Shown piece by piece: positions 10,960-24,113 of a DNA stretch of 64,000 nucleotides. Every line of letters begins with the position of its first letter. Within the stretch, counting starts at the first letter, position 1. The stretch is from Mobula hypostoma (taxonomy: Eukaryota): positions 6,202,001 to 6,266,000 of the forward strand of contig NC_086109.1 of NCBI RefSeq assembly GCF_963921235.1, given 5' to 3'. Below the pieces are notes generated by a model, which worked only from the letters and a program-made list of their open reading frames with translations, was not told the origin of the DNA and searched no databases. The translations under genes and the position numbers were made by a program.

Positions 10960-13900
10960 TTCAGAATCAGATTTAGTATCATCAGCTTAAGTCATGAAAT
11001 TTGTTAACTTTGCGGCAGCAGTACAATGCAATACAACTACATAATAGTAGAAAAAAATGTGAATTTCTGTAAATATATATACTTTTTTAAAATAGTTAAA
11101 TTAAATAAGTAGTGCAAAAATAGAAATAAAGAAGGTAGTGAGGTAGTGTTCATGGGTTCAGGGTCCATTCAGAAATTGAATGGCAGAGGGGCAGAAGCTG
11201 TTCCTGAATCATTGAGTTTGTGCTGAAGGCTTCTGTACTTCCTCCTTGATGGTAGCAATGAGAACAAGACATGTCCTGGGTGATGGGGGTCCTTAATGAT
11301 GGATGCCACCTTTCTGAGGCATCGTTCCTTAAAGATATCCTGGATACTATGGAGGTTAGTGCCCATGATGGGAGCTGACTAAGTTTACAGCTCGCTGCAG
11401 CTTATTCCGATCCTGTGCAGTTGCGCTCCCTCCATACCAGACGGTGATGTAGCCAGTTAGAATGCTGTCCATGGTACATCTGTAGAAATTTGCAATTGTT
11501 TCAGGTGAGATACGCAATCTCCTGAAACCCCTCATGAAATATAGCCACTGTCTTGCCTTCTTTATAGCTGCATCAAAATGTTGAGACCAGCTTTGGTCCT
11601 CAGTGACATTAACACCCAGAAACTTGAAATTGCTCACTCTCTCCACTTCAGCTCCCTCTATGAGGACTGGTATGTGTTCCTTCACCTTGCCCTTTTTGAA
11701 GTCCACAATCTGTTCTTTGGTCTTACTGACTCTGAGTGCAAGGTTGTTGCTGCGACACCACTCAACTAACGAGTATATCTTACTCCTGCACGCTCTCTCG
11801 TCATCATCTAAGATTCTGCTAACAATGGCTGTATCGCCAACAAATTTATAGATGGCATTTGAGCTGTGCCTAGCCACACATTCTTGGGTGTAGGGAGAGT
11901 AGAGCAGAGGGCTAAGCACATTTCCCTGTGGTGCACCAGTGTTGATTGTCAGCAGCATGGAGATGTTATTTCCAATCTGCACAGATTGTGGGCTTCCAGT
12001 TACTAAGTCAAGGATCCAGTTGCAGAGGAAGGTACAGCGGCCCAGGTTCTGAAGCTTTTTGATCAGAACTGTAGGAATGATGGTGTTAAACGCTAAACTG
12101 TAGTCAATAAAGAGCATCCTGACTTGGGTATTTCAGACATCCCACCTCTCCTGGAAGTGCCGGGAGTCTCCTGCATATTAATAGTGTCTCCCTGATGCCC
12201 GCAAATTATATAAAATGTCCCGGAAATTGATTTTTTTGAGAGTGAGCATGAGAGAACGCGCAAGAAAGAGCGAGAGAGCGAGCGCAAGAGCAAGAAAGCA
12301 AGCGCAAGACAGCAAGCGCGAGTGAGAGAGAGCGAGAGCAAGAAAGCAAGCGCGTGAGAGCGACCACGAGAGAGAGAGAGAGAGCACGCGAGAGTGAGCG
12401 TGAGCGAGAAAGCAAGCACAAGAGAGCGAGAGCGTCCAAAAAAATAAAATATGAAACGTACGTCACCCCAGGCTACACTAAAGTGTACCCCTGCCTAATA
12501 GGGGTCAAAAATAATGACAGTGTTGCTCGCTGCACTGTTTGCAACAGTGACTTTTCTATTGCCCATGGTGGGTTAAGACTGTAAAAGACATGTTGAGGTG
12601 AGTTTGACAGGTGTCATTCGTTCATTAGCATAGCTAACGTTATTTAAACTAGCTGGCTAGCTGCTTAGGAGCTACTCTATTGCAGACATTCCACCTCTCC
12701 CGGAAGTCTCCCGCAAATTGATGGTGCTACCTCCATGAAATGAGCTTTTGCAGGGTGGGATGTCTGATATTTGTATTGTCCAGGTGGTCAAAGGCCGCAT
12801 GGAGAGCCAATGAGATTGTGTCTGCTGTAAACCTGTTGTGAGGATAGGCAAATCACAGTGGGTCCAAGTCTTTACTGAGACAGGAGTTGATTCTAGCGAT
12901 AATTAACCCCTCAAAGCACTTCATCACTGTAGACGTGAGAGCAACTGGACGATAGTTATTAAGGCAGCTCACTCTGCTCTTGAGCGCTAGTATAATTGTT
13001 CCCCTTTTGAAGCAGATGGGAACTTACGACTGTAGTAGTGAGTGATTGAAAATGTCTTTGAACATCCCTGCCAGTTATTTGGCAGAGGTTTTCAGAACCC
13101 TACTAGGTATTACCCACTTGAAAGACAGCTTGACATCAGCCTCCATTACAGAGATCACAGGGTCACCAGGTGATGCTGGGATCCCCATAGTAGTTTATTC
13201 TCCCTTTCAAAGTGGGCATAGAAGGCGCTGAGCTCGTCTGGTAGTGAAGCATCACTGCCTTTCATGCTATTGGGTTTCACTGCGTAGGAAGTAATGTCCT
13301 GCAGACCCTGCCAGAGTTGATGTGCATCCGATGTCGCCTCCAATCTTGGTTGGAATTGTTCTTTCACTCTTAAAAGTACCCTCCGCAAGCCATACCTGGT
13401 TTTCTTCTACAGACTTGGTCCGGCAGACTTGAATGCCACAGATCTAGGTCTTAGCAGACTATGAACCTCCTGGTTCATCCATGGTTTTTGATTTGAGTAT
13501 GTACAGTAAGTTCTTCTAGGCACACGCTCAATCACACAGGTTTTAGTGAAGTCAGTGATGGCTGTGACATACTCATTCAGACTCGAAGATGAATCCCTGC
13601 ATACAGTCCAGTCCACTGATTCAAAGCAGTCCTGTAAGCACACCTGCTCTCCCGTTGTCCATACCTTCTTGGTCCTTGCTACTAGTGCTGCAGTCTTCAG
13701 TGTCTGTCTATACTCAGCTGGGTGATAAGACTTTCTAAAGTATGAGTATGGGATAGCACAGTAAGCACTCTTGATGGTGGTGTAACACCGGTCCAACATA
13801 TTGTTTCCTCTGGTACTATAAGTGATTTTTTGGGTAATAATTATTTAGAGACTTTTTTCAAGCTGGCCTGGTTAAAATCCCCCAGAATGATGGAGAAGGC

Positions 13901-14600
13901 ATCGAGATGTGCTGTTTCATGCCTGTTGAATACATCACTCACCTCGTCTAGTGCCTGTTTTACACTAGCCTGAGGTGGAATGTATACTGCTACCAAGATG
14001 ATCGCTGAAATCTCCCACTGCAGATAAAATGGACGACACTTGATTGCGAGGTGTTTCAGGTCTTGTGAACAGGACTAGGACATCACCGCCATGTTTGTAC
14101 ACCACAAGGAGTTGATCATGAAGCACACTCCTCCTCCCCTGCCTTTGAAAGATTCAGCAGTCCTATCTTGGTGGTGTATTGTGAACCCATCAATCTGAAT
14201 CGCTGTGTCTGGAACGGAAGGGGTTAACCAAGATTCCTTGAAACAAAAAACACAAGTGGTCCTAATGTCCCTCTGGTACACCACTGTAGCTCCGAGATCT
14301 TCAATTTTATTTACCAGAATCTGTACATTTGCCAGCAAGATGGTTAGTATTGGGAGTGGAAAGCCACACTTCCTTAAATGATTATTTAAGCCAGCTCGGC
14401 GTCCTCTCTTCCACTGTCTTCCTGGCATCTGCTATCTTATAGGGAACCGCAGCGCCAGCGACCAGAGTCCGTTCGATTTCCATCAATTTTAAGTAGTGAT
14501 AGATTTTTTAATAACATTAAAACAATGTTACTAACTGTACCAATCTTAGATGTAATTGTGGTTCTCTGCAGTAGCAGCCTGAAACAGGAGTATTTGATGG
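10960..14600 (-). mobile_element. Near full-length degenerate Rex1/Babar LINE (APE endonuclease + RT)
   Basis: APE motifs ILLANVQ..NK, CFKESWL, DRT..GRGGGVCFMIN (14075-14428); NQKPWMN; RT motifs [33 protein letters not shown] (11356-12117); multiple frameshifts. Confidence 0.9.
12134..12766 (+). mobile_element. Non-autonomous DNA transposon (hAT-like) inserted in the Rex LINE
   Basis: 13-bp perfect TIR cagacatcccacc/ggtgggatgtctg; 6-bp TSD gtattt/atattt; BED-finger-like remnant CTVCNSDFSIAHGG..DCKRHVE. Confidence 0.8.
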
Positions 14601-15204
14601 TTTCTATCAGAGCTGCCCACACGAGTTGCCTTCTTGGGGAGGGTGGGGGGTGGCACCCCTGAAGTGATAACCAGCCCTGGCTGGTGCCTTTACCAGACCA
14701 GCTCACAACACTGGTTAGATTGCTTCCAGCACCCAGGACTGGTAGGTGAGAGCTGTTTGTAGTCAGTGAATTACAAGCAACATTAAATAATCCATTGGAA
14801 TTGGTTATCAGCAGGATGACTCTTGGCTTCTCAGCACACTAGATTATTGAGCGAGTGAGTGGACTTAGACCATAAGAAACAAGAGCAGAATTAGGCGATT
14901 TTGGTTTGCTCTGTCACTTGCAAGTTGTGGCTCGTAAGCTATTTAGCCAATTTGTTGATTTTTTCAGCTTATTCTGAACAATCAGAAACAATGAAGCCCA
15001 CATCCCTGAGGTACATCTATGTTGATTGTCAGTGAAGAGGAGATGTTATTACCAATCCTTGAGGTCTGTGGTCTCCCATTAAGGAAATCGGAAATCCAGG
15101 TTGCAGATCCCTGTGGATATTTCACAAGCTGAAGTTAGGTTTTACATATGAAAACCATCAGCAATGGTAGCCCGCCATAACTGAATCTTCTTATCTAATG
15201 TATT

Positions 15205-15425
15205 TACTTGGGTCCTTAGCTCCTAAGTAGAGCATAGGCCATTCCTGACCTCCTGTCTCCGTCCCCTGAAGTCGATGGTATGGATAGAGTTCATCAGTGT
15301 TTCTGTAATCCATTGCATCCACTGTACGGGAGATTGGCCTACACAGCTTCACCAGAAGCCTGCTGGCTGGTCTTAGCCACTTCCACCTCCCACAACGGGG
15401 ACGTAGGGTTGGACTTTGAGAGGCA
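15205..15425 (-). mobile_element. RTE-type short non-autonomous element (second copy 23681-23912, +)
   Basis: Two alignable copies with (aagt)n-type tail. Confidence 0.6.
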
Positions 15426-15878
15426 TATCTAATGTCAGGTTCTTATTATAGTCCACTTAAAAAAAAAATTCAAATATTTAAAATTTTGATTCCTTATTCC
15501 ACTGTGCATTGATTTTTTTTTGGCATTTGTCAATTTGAATTATAAGGAGCCTGTAATCGCAGATTCAATCCCTGATGTCTGCTGAGTGAGCAAATAGAAT
15601 TGTGTCTGAAGTGAGAAGACGGTAAGGTCGATACCTGTTCTAGGCACACAGAGGCAGATGTGAGTTAATTATTCATTGTGTCTTGCACTAGAGACCACTG
15701 ACTGGGGGGGGCTCTTGTATGTGCACTGCAAGAGCAATGCGTATCCCTCCTGATTTCTCAATCCTTTTGATGCAGCGAGGTGATTAATGGCCTTTGCTGT
15801 TGCTGTTTTATCATCTAGATTGCTCCCATCAATAATTCACTGAATCATTTGCCCTGTTTGTGTTTTTATTTTGAGCAG

Positions 15879-15962
15879 TGTACGCCCTGTGGACCTGTCC
15901 GGATTTGCTGGCTTCGTTCACAACATGGCCCGCGGTTTTACCAAAACTCGTCGGAGGAGCAG
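15879..15962 (+). CDS. EIF2D: EIF2D exon 3
   Basis: gagcag|TG ... GCAG|gtgaga; 84 nt; VYALWTCPDLLASFTTWPAVLPKLVGGA. Confidence 0.95.
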
Positions 15963-16239
15963 GTGAGACACCAGTTACCATGTATAAAGGCTAGTTTAAA
16001 GTCATCTTAGCCTTCATCATAATTCATACCTTGTAGAAGAAAGCGTTTTCTTATTATAGTTAATGGAGTGGTAATTTAAGTACTAAAACAGATGTTCCCT
16101 ACCTGGGGTCCATGGCATTAAAAAAAGGTTGGGAACTCCTGAATTAAAGGATGTTTGATGGTCAGCAGAGACACCATGGCCTAAGGGCTTGTTTCCTTGC
16201 TGTACCTTTCTTGAGTGTTTTGCAGGTAAATAACAACTT

Positions 16240-16800
16240 AATTATTATATATTGTTCTGGTTGCCCCACTGTAGGAGGAATGTTGAGGCTTTGGAGAGGC
16301 TGTAGAAGAGGGTTACCAGGATGCTGCCTGGATTAGAGAGCATGCGCTACCAAAAGAGGCTGGACAAACTTGGATTGTTTTCTCTGGCGTGTCGGAGGCT
16401 GAGGGGAGATCTGTTAGAGGTTTACAAGATTATGAGAGGGACAGATGGAGCAGACAGAGACTCTCTGTTTCCCAGGGTTAAAATGTCTAATAACAGAGGG
16501 CATGCATTGAGTGTGAGAGGGAGTGGGTTCAAGGGGATGTGAGGGTAAGTTTTTTACTCAGAGAGTGTTGGATGCCTGGAATATGCTGCCTGGTATGGTG
16601 GTAGAGCCAAATACTTTAGAGGCTTTTAAGGGACATTTTGATAGATACGTGGATGTAAGGAAGATGGAGGGATATGGATATAGTGTAGGTAGGAGGGATT
16701 AGTGTTTGGGTGTTTTTGATTTTTTTTTAGCTGGTTCAGCACAACATTGTGGGCTGAATGGCCTGTCCCTGTGCTGTATCTTTGTAAATTCCATGTTCTA
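16240..16800 (+). mobile_element. CR1 LINE 3' end
   Basis: MLPGLESMRYQKRLDKLGLFSL..RRLRGDLLEVYKIMRG..RGH motif. Confidence 0.9.
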
Positions 16801-17494
16801 TGAAAGTAACTCAGTATCCTCCTTTGTATTTCAACGTTTGTGACTTTTCTAGTCGCTTCCTTTCTGGAACACGTCCTTCACTTTTGCAACAATATCAAAA
16901 TCCTGGAGGTGCTTAAAATGCTCTGTAGGTGAGGCAAGATCCTTAACATTCCAGATCAATTACCTGTCAGCATGTTGAAACGTCACCTCGCTTCCTTGTT
17001 CTGTAGATGCTGCCTGATCTATTCAGCATTCATTCCGGCATTCCCTTCTGTAAGTTGCCTTCTAGTGTTACTCCACTACCCTTGATTTCCCAGTGACTGT
17101 CCACGGGGCATGTTCTTGCTTCACTTCCTAAAGTGTCCCATTGGGAATTTCTTCTTTGAGAGAAAACAAATTGAAAAAATACCAAAACCACGGGAAGCAG
17201 CCTATCCTTTGTTTCCTGAGGAAGCAGCAAACCATTAGATGTTTTTAACTTCTTGTTAAAGTTATTACTGTGGTTGAAGAAGGTGGCTAACTGTTGCCTC
17301 CTGAAAGGCAATTAGAGATGGGTGATATGAAGGCTGGCCTTCAGTATTCCGGGCATGGAATACAAGTGCAGGAAGGTTATACTTCATCTTTATAATACAT
17401 AGGTTAGACCTCAGCCAGATTTCTGCACACAGTTCTGATCACCACAGGAGTGGAAAGGTTACTGTTTACTGAAAATGGATCGAGTGCTTACCTA

Positions 17495-17800
17495 GCGTAT
17501 AGGACGAATAAACTCTTCTCGGTCTTCCAGTCGGGTACAGGTATCGATTTTAACCCACGTGGCAATGACACACTCTGCCATCTTCATCAGGGATGATGCC
17601 TGGGCATGTCTAATCTGGTGGTATTTATACCCCTGTAGTCCGAGCCTCCTGATTGGTGGACTGCCTGGTTAAGGAAGCCATTGAAATAAAACTAGAGGAA
17701 AAGAATTTTAACAAAGATGAGGGTCTCGCTCTAAGTAAGAACTGGAATTTGATTGTAAATAAGGTGGGACAACAGAAGCCTATTTGGATGAGGACTAACC
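17495..17800 (+). mobile_element. Penelope-like element fragment, second family
   Basis: GIY-YIG C-terminal KEAIEIKLEEKNFNKDEGLALSKNW on +; inverted pLTR with a decayed CTGATGA hammerhead motif on -. Confidence 0.65.
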
Positions 17801-18017
17801 AATATTCAGTGCAAGTGTGAACAGTTTTTGTCCTTTTACCTAAAGGATAAGGTGGCATTGGAGGTGGTCCAAAGGAAGTACACCAAGGCTAATTCCAGGG
17901 ATGAAAGTGTTGTCCAATCAAGACAGTTTGGGCCTTATAGAATAAGGGGCTCTCAGATGTTAATAAATCTCTGGAATTCTGTGTATTTGAGAGTGGTTCA
18001 CACCAGATTAATAATAA

Positions 18018-18316
18018 AGGCATCCGTTAGTCTTGCGAGACCATGGATCTGTGCCTGGAAAGTTTTCACTCTGCAGGGCGCAGGCCTGGGCAAGGTTGTA
18101 TGGAAGACCATACTGCTGCAAGTCTCCCCTCTCCATGACATCGATGTTATCCAAGGGAAGGGCATTAGGACCCATGCAGCTTGGCACCAGTGACGTCGCA
18201 GAGCAACGTGTGATTAAGTGCCTTGCTCAAGGACACCACACGTTGCCTGGGGCTCGAACTCATGACCTTCAGGTCACTAGTCCAATGCCTTAACCACTTG
18301 GCCATGTGCCCACGCA
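18018..18316 (-). mobile_element. tRNA-derived core-type SINE (other copies 22850-23116 +, 55190-55490 +)
   Basis: TGGCCAAGTGG A box, GTTCGAGCC B box, gtgtccttgagcaaggcacttaa central domain; three near-identical copies. Confidence 0.85.
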
Positions 18317-19637
18317 CCAGATTATTAGATAGATTTAAGGTGGAAATGGATAAAAACAGTGGATTCTGGTTAATTGGGCCATTGGTTAATCAGAGAAGCT
18401 GCTTATTTGGGACAACTCTTAAAGAACGAAAACTGTACGAGAAGACAGCATGTCCTGGATGGTGGGATATCACTATCCAGTACACAAGGTTAAAGGAGAA
18501 CGAAGTAATTGTTACTCTGGATCCGATGCAGCCCAAAAGATAAAGAACACAATAAATATAAATACATAAGATTGCTTACATATGTAGATTGATTGCTTGT
18601 CCCTAGGCTGTACATAAGGTGACTGACAGGAAATAGTAAAGTAGTGGTGGAGTTAGTGGGTGGAGGTATTGATCTGCCTTACTACTTGGAGAAAGTAATT
18701 GTTTTTGAGTTTGGTGGCCCTGGAGTGGATACTACATAGCTTCGGGACCGGGACAAGCAGTCAATGAGCAGGGTGGGTGGGATCTTTCATGATGTTATTG
18801 GCCTTCTAGTTATTTAAGAAGTGCTTTATTGTAATATATATATTTCAGGAGAAGGCTATTATTAAATTAAAAATCACCATCTGTGCTTTTTAAAGCTCTT
18901 GGGTAGTCGCCTTCCAAACTTGGAGGACATTCATTGATAAAGCTCAGATTTAGAGTTGCCGGCACCTTTCTCCTGACAAATCGGTGAAATTGCTTGTGAC
19001 TTCAAATGAAGTGTGACTCCGATTTGATGCAATTCAATTCAAGTTTAATTGTCATTCAACCATACATGAATACACATGAATACAGACAAACGAGACAGTG
19101 TTACTCTGGGGCCAAGGTGCAAAACACAGTACCAACTGTCACACACAGCGCAAAGCACGCACAAGATAGCAATCACATGTAAAATATCAGTAAAATGCAG
19201 CCAAAAGAATTATTCCATACCCTGAGTACAAGAATGCTGCAGAAATCTGCAGTTGGTCCATAATACAGCTTGTCTTCTGCTGAGCGAACACGGGGTGGGG
19301 GGGGGCAACACTGACCCTAGCCTGACCCCTCTCTCCTGGTGGCCGAAAATAGGCGACACCGCAGTTTGAAGCCAAGCTTAATTGAGAGTAAATTCACAGC
19401 AGTTTCTGCTTCAAAGTGTAAAACAAATTTTCTTGAACATTTGGAGTCATCATGTGGTTATTACTACTTTTTGTATTTGGACAGTTAGTGTCTTTTGCAC
19501 ACTGCTTGACTGCCCAAGTTGATGTGGTCTTCCATTGATTTTTTTATCTCAGGATTGAATATGGTGACATATATATACTTTGATAATAAATTTACTTTGA
19601 ACTTTGAATCTAATTGACTTTGCTGATGTTGTTACAG

Positions 19638-19728
19638 ATCTGATGTTGCCCGGAGTGATTTTGCCCCCTACTGGTCTTCCAGAGGTCCTACAGGGAGACC
19701 TTTGTGCTATTACCCTTGTTGACAACAG
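19638..19728 (+). CDS. EIF2D: EIF2D exon 4 (PUA domain)
   Basis: ttacag|AT ... AG|gtatag; 91 nt; DLMLPGVILPPTGLPEVLQGDLCAITLVDNR. Confidence 0.95.
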
Positions 19729-19734
19729 GTATAG

Positions 19735-20320
19735 TCCCTTCGTCAAGACTGGAAAGGAAGGGGGAATAAGCAGTTGGGGGGGGTGGAAGGAAGGCAAGCT
19801 GACAAGGGAAGGTGAAATCAGTGAGGGGAACTGTGGGTGGGTATGGGATAGGGGGAGGATGAAGTAAGAAGCTGGGAGGGGATAGGTGGAAGAGGTCAAG
19901 AGCTGAAGAAGAAGCAATCTGATAGGAGAGCGCAGTGGGCCATAGGAGAAAGGGAAGGAGGAGGGAACCAGAGGGAAGTGATGGGCAGGTGAGGGAGAAC
20001 TAGAAAGGGGAATGGAAAAAGAGAGAAGGGGAAGTTGGTGGGAAATTACCAGAAGTTAGAGAAATCGATCAAGGTGGAGGCTACCCAGAAGACACATGAG
20101 ATGTTACTCCTCCAACCTGAGAGTTGCCTCATCGTGGCAGTAGAGGAGGCTGTGGACTGACTTGTCGGAATGGGAAGTAGAATTAAAATAAGCAGGTGAA
20201 ACAGCATTTGTGGGAGGAAAGGAATCAGTCCTTTGTGGGGGTTAAGACCTCTCCAGGTGCTGACTGACACCAAGTTCCTCCAGCAGCTTGCTGCTGCAGA
20301 TTCCAGCATCCACAGTCTCT
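19735..20320 (-). mobile_element. Penelope-like element 3' fragment just after exon 4
   Basis: Degenerate GIY-YIG C-terminus ending IDFSNF, purine-rich 3'UTR and pLTR remnants. Confidence 0.75.
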
Positions 20321-20366
20321 TGTTCCTTCAGTTTAGTTTAATCTGTTATGCTCAAATATTTTACAG

Positions 20367-20474
20367 AGCACCAGTGGCAATAGGCTTGGCCAGTATGTCA
20401 ACAGCAGAGATGCTCGAAGCTGGTATGAAAGGAAAAGGCATTACCACTCTCCACACGTACCTAGACCAACTTTG
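20367..20474 (+). CDS. EIF2D: EIF2D exon 5 (PUA domain)
   Basis: ttacag|A ... TG|gtaaga; 108 nt; APVAIGLASMSTAEMLEAGMKGKGITTLHTYLDQLW. Confidence 0.95.
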
Positions 20475-21473
20475 GTAAGAAAACTAAGTGCTCGGTTTCT
20501 ATATGTTATACAAGGCTCATTTGAAAATACAGAAAAAATATTTGACACATTTAAAATTTTCTGTTAATAACAACCTTGTATTTGTGTAGTTACTGCATTT
20601 GGTTATATACCACAGGTGCACTGTAACTTAATTGGCAATGTCGACTTAATAAAAGGATTTAAAGAGAACTTGGACCAAAAATAGTGAAGGATTGTTTTCT
20701 CCTGAAGGAGCAAGTGCCCAAACACAGATCATAGTGAAACAAGCTCAGAATACTAGAGGAACTCAGCGGATCAGGCAGCATCTATGGAGAGGAACAAACA
20801 GTCGATGTTTCAGGCCCAGACTCTTCACCAGTCTGCTGCACCTGAGGGCTTCACCATTCACCGCAAAGACAAAACAGTTGGGTCTTTTAAGGGTAGAGGA
20901 GGTGGGGTATACTGAATGATTAACTCTTCAGGGTACACAAACCTGGCAGTTCCGTCTCAATCCTGATCACCTAGCAGACAAGTGTCCGTTTTATCTGCAG
21001 ATGGAACTTTATGCCATTATCCTGGCAACAAGTTTCACTACATATGCCGGTGATATCAAACGTGATTCTGATTCTAATCAGTCCTGAAACGTCAACTGTT
21101 TATTCCCCTCCATAGATGCTGTCTGACCTGCTGAGTTCTTCCAGCATTTTGTGACTGTTACACTGGCTTTCCAGCATCTGCAGAATCTTTTGTTTGTTAC
21201 AAGGATCATGGTGTTAGCCTCGGGATCAGGCCTGGTGTAAACTTTCTACATTTGGTACTTCTTATCCCTGAGCATATCAGCGCTCAGTTGTTGAGTGGAT
21301 TCAAGACTAGTTTGCAAGGTTTTGGTGCATTAAGTAGATAGAGAGGTAGAAAATGACATGAGAACAATGTATTTGCACAGTCTGAGTCTTCTAAGGAATT
21401 ATAGAATTTAAATTTTATCATTTCAAGTAATGTGTGTAGTTTGTCTCACCATTATATCGTTCATCAATAAATA

Positions 21474-22392
21474 CACTCAGTGGCCATTTTATTAAGTACA
21501 GGAATGAAACTTGGTGTGGACTTCTGGAGCTGTAACCCATCCACTTTAAAATTCAACATGTTGTGCATCCAGGAATTCTCTTCTGCACACCACTTTTGTA
21601 AAACGTGGTTATTTGTGTTACTGTCAACCTTCCTGTCAGATTGAATCAGTCTGGCCATTCTCCTTTGATCTCTCTCATTAACAAGGTATTAGACTCAGAT
21701 TTTGTCAAATTTAATATTCTTGTTTAAATCGTAGACTTCACTCTGCTGATTTTGTGAATCTCCAGCCAGAATGCATTGATCAGATTGCTGAATGGACAAT
21801 GAACCAACTCATGAACACTACCTCACTACTTTTGCTCTCTTTGTGCACTACTTTAGTTTATCTTTTCCATATATTTCTTATTATAATTTATAGTTCTGTT
21901 TATTGCATGTACTGCAGCTGCAAAACAACAAATGTCATGACATGCACTTAGGGCCACTGTATTATGTACCCCATGTATGTTAGTGGTCTTCTGCACATGG
22001 TTATTTGAGTTACTTTTACCTTCCTGTCAACAAGAACCAATCTGGCCCATTCTCTTCTGACCTCTCCCATTAAGAAGGCAGTTTTGTCCTCAGATCTGCC
22101 ACTCAGTGGGTGTTTTTGTTTCTTTTTGCACCATTTCTGTAAATTCTAGAGACCGTTATGCATGAAAATCTCAGATCAGCAGTTTCTGAGATACTCAAAC
22201 CATCCCATCTGGCACCAACAATTATTCCACAATCAAAGTCACTTAGATCACATTTCTTCCCCATTCTGATGTTTGGTCTGAACCTCTTGACCACGTCTGC
22301 ATGCTTTTATGCATCGAGCTGCTACCACATGGTTGGGTGATTAGATATTTGCATTAACATACAGGTGTACCTAATGAAATAGCCACTGAGTG
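21474..22392 (-). mobile_element. Tc1/mariner-derived element, internally deleted and interrupted
   Basis: TA-flanked TIRs cactcagtggc../..gccactgagtg; Tc1 transposase N-terminal MGKKCDLSDFDCGIIVGAR..GLSISETA. Confidence 0.85.
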
Positions 22393-23449
22393 TAGGTATT
22401 AACTTTATCTGCACGCTCTGTAATAAATATCTTTACAACCATATTCATTTCTGATTAGAATGATGACCTGTTGTTGACTATTTTTCAGGTGTCAGCTTTT
22501 ATGATTGAACATAGAACGTTACAACACAGTACATGTCCTTCGGCCCACAATGTTGTGCTGAAACAAACGACTAATCAAAAGGCCAACTAAATTAATCCCT
22601 TCTGCCTCCACAGTGTCCATATCCTTTCATTTCCTCACATTTTGATCCACTCCAAGATTAATCTAACCCTTCCCTCCCACATAGCCCTCCATTTTTCTAT
22701 CATCCATGAGTTTCTTAAATGTCCCTAGTGTAACATCCTCTACCACTGTCCCTTCCATGCACCTGTGGCTCTGTGTGTGAAAAAAGAAAGCTACCTCTGA
22801 CATTGTGTTATAAAAGAAAATCAATTTGTGTGGGCATGGTGTAAACATGTTGGCATGTGGCCAAGCGGTTAAGGCGTTCGTCTAGTGACCTGAAGGTCGC
22901 TAGTTCGAGCCGTGGCTGAGGCAGCGTGTTGTGTCCTTGAGCAAGGCACTTAACCACACATTGCTCTGCCCCTCCCTCGGACAACATCGGTGGCGTGGAG
23001 AGGGGAGACTTGCAGCATGGGCAACTGCTGGTCTTCCATACAACCTTGCCCAGGCCTGTGCCCTGGAAACTTTCCAAGGCGCAAATCCATGGTCTCATGA
23101 GACTAACGGATGCCTAGTGTAAACATGGTACTTGCATGGAGACTTCTTGTCATGCATCTGTGCTGATTATATAGGATGGCCAAGCCAAGGGCGATGGCTT
23201 ACATCTTCCTCCACTGATGGCCATGGGAACTGTAGAGGGAGGATATCCATTTGCACCTTGGAAAAGTGGATAAATGGAGGCATTATTTTAAGGTGTGTGG
23301 AGAAACGTGTAAGAGGGAATGTCAGGGGTAGTTTATTTTATTTAAAGAGTGTGTAGAACTCCCGCCAGGGTTGGTGGTGGAGGCAGATACAGTAAGGGAA
23401 TTTAAGAGGCTCTCAGATTGGCACTTAGACAAGGGAGGAATGTGGGAGG

Positions 23450-23675
23450 TGTTGTAATGTGAGCATTATTAAAAGTAAGTTAATACTAATTAGGATAATG
23501 GGGTTTCTACTTCCATTCTTTTTACTTCCGGTGTGCTTGGTATATAGTGTTCCTGCCATGCCGTACAGGTTGTGGAAGCCTCTGTATATACATAACAGTT
23601 CTGAAGTTCGAGATAAAGTTGTTTCTTTGGCATGAAGTTGTCGAGTGTGCCCTTTTCAAGGTGGAAGTTACCACA
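23450..23675 (+). mobile_element. Short (226 bp) solo LTR
   Basis: TGTTGTAA...TTACCACA termini; 5-bp TSD ggagg (23445-23449, 23676-23680); TATATA and GATAAA inside. Confidence 0.8.
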
Positions 23676-24113
23676 GGAGGAAACCTCTTAAAGTCCAACC
23701 CCGTGTCTCTGTCACGAGAGGTGGAAATGGGTAAGGCCGGCCAACAGGGTTTTAGTGAATCTGTCATAGGCCAAACCCCTGTACGGTGGGTGCAGTGGAC
23801 TGGTGAAGCATTGATGAACTCCAACCATGCCATCGACCAGAGGGTATTGGAGACAGGAGGTCATTGATGGCCGATGCTTCACTTGGGAGTTAAGGGCCCC
23901 AGTAAGTAAGTAAATCTAAAGAGTTAAATTGATCTTAGAGAGGCTAAGAGGTGGGCTGAGGATCCTGTACAGTGCTGTAATGTTCTACCACGTTGTGGGA
24001 TCCGTGAAATAGAGGCTTACCTCTCATGTAGTTAGAAGACACCGTTTGGAAAGAAAAGGGAGGAAATAGTCAATAAAAGAATCAAACAATAATTTTTTTT
24101 TTCTTCTTTTTAG

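Noticed and set aside
11356..12117. 253-aa reverse transcriptase ORF as an active or domesticated gene
   Set aside because: The catalytic FADD motif is changed to FVGD, and the element has frameshifts and a transposon insertion
12093..12584. Leu/Ser/Arg-rich ORFs
   Set aside because: Translations of a GA-rich microsatellite within a transposon
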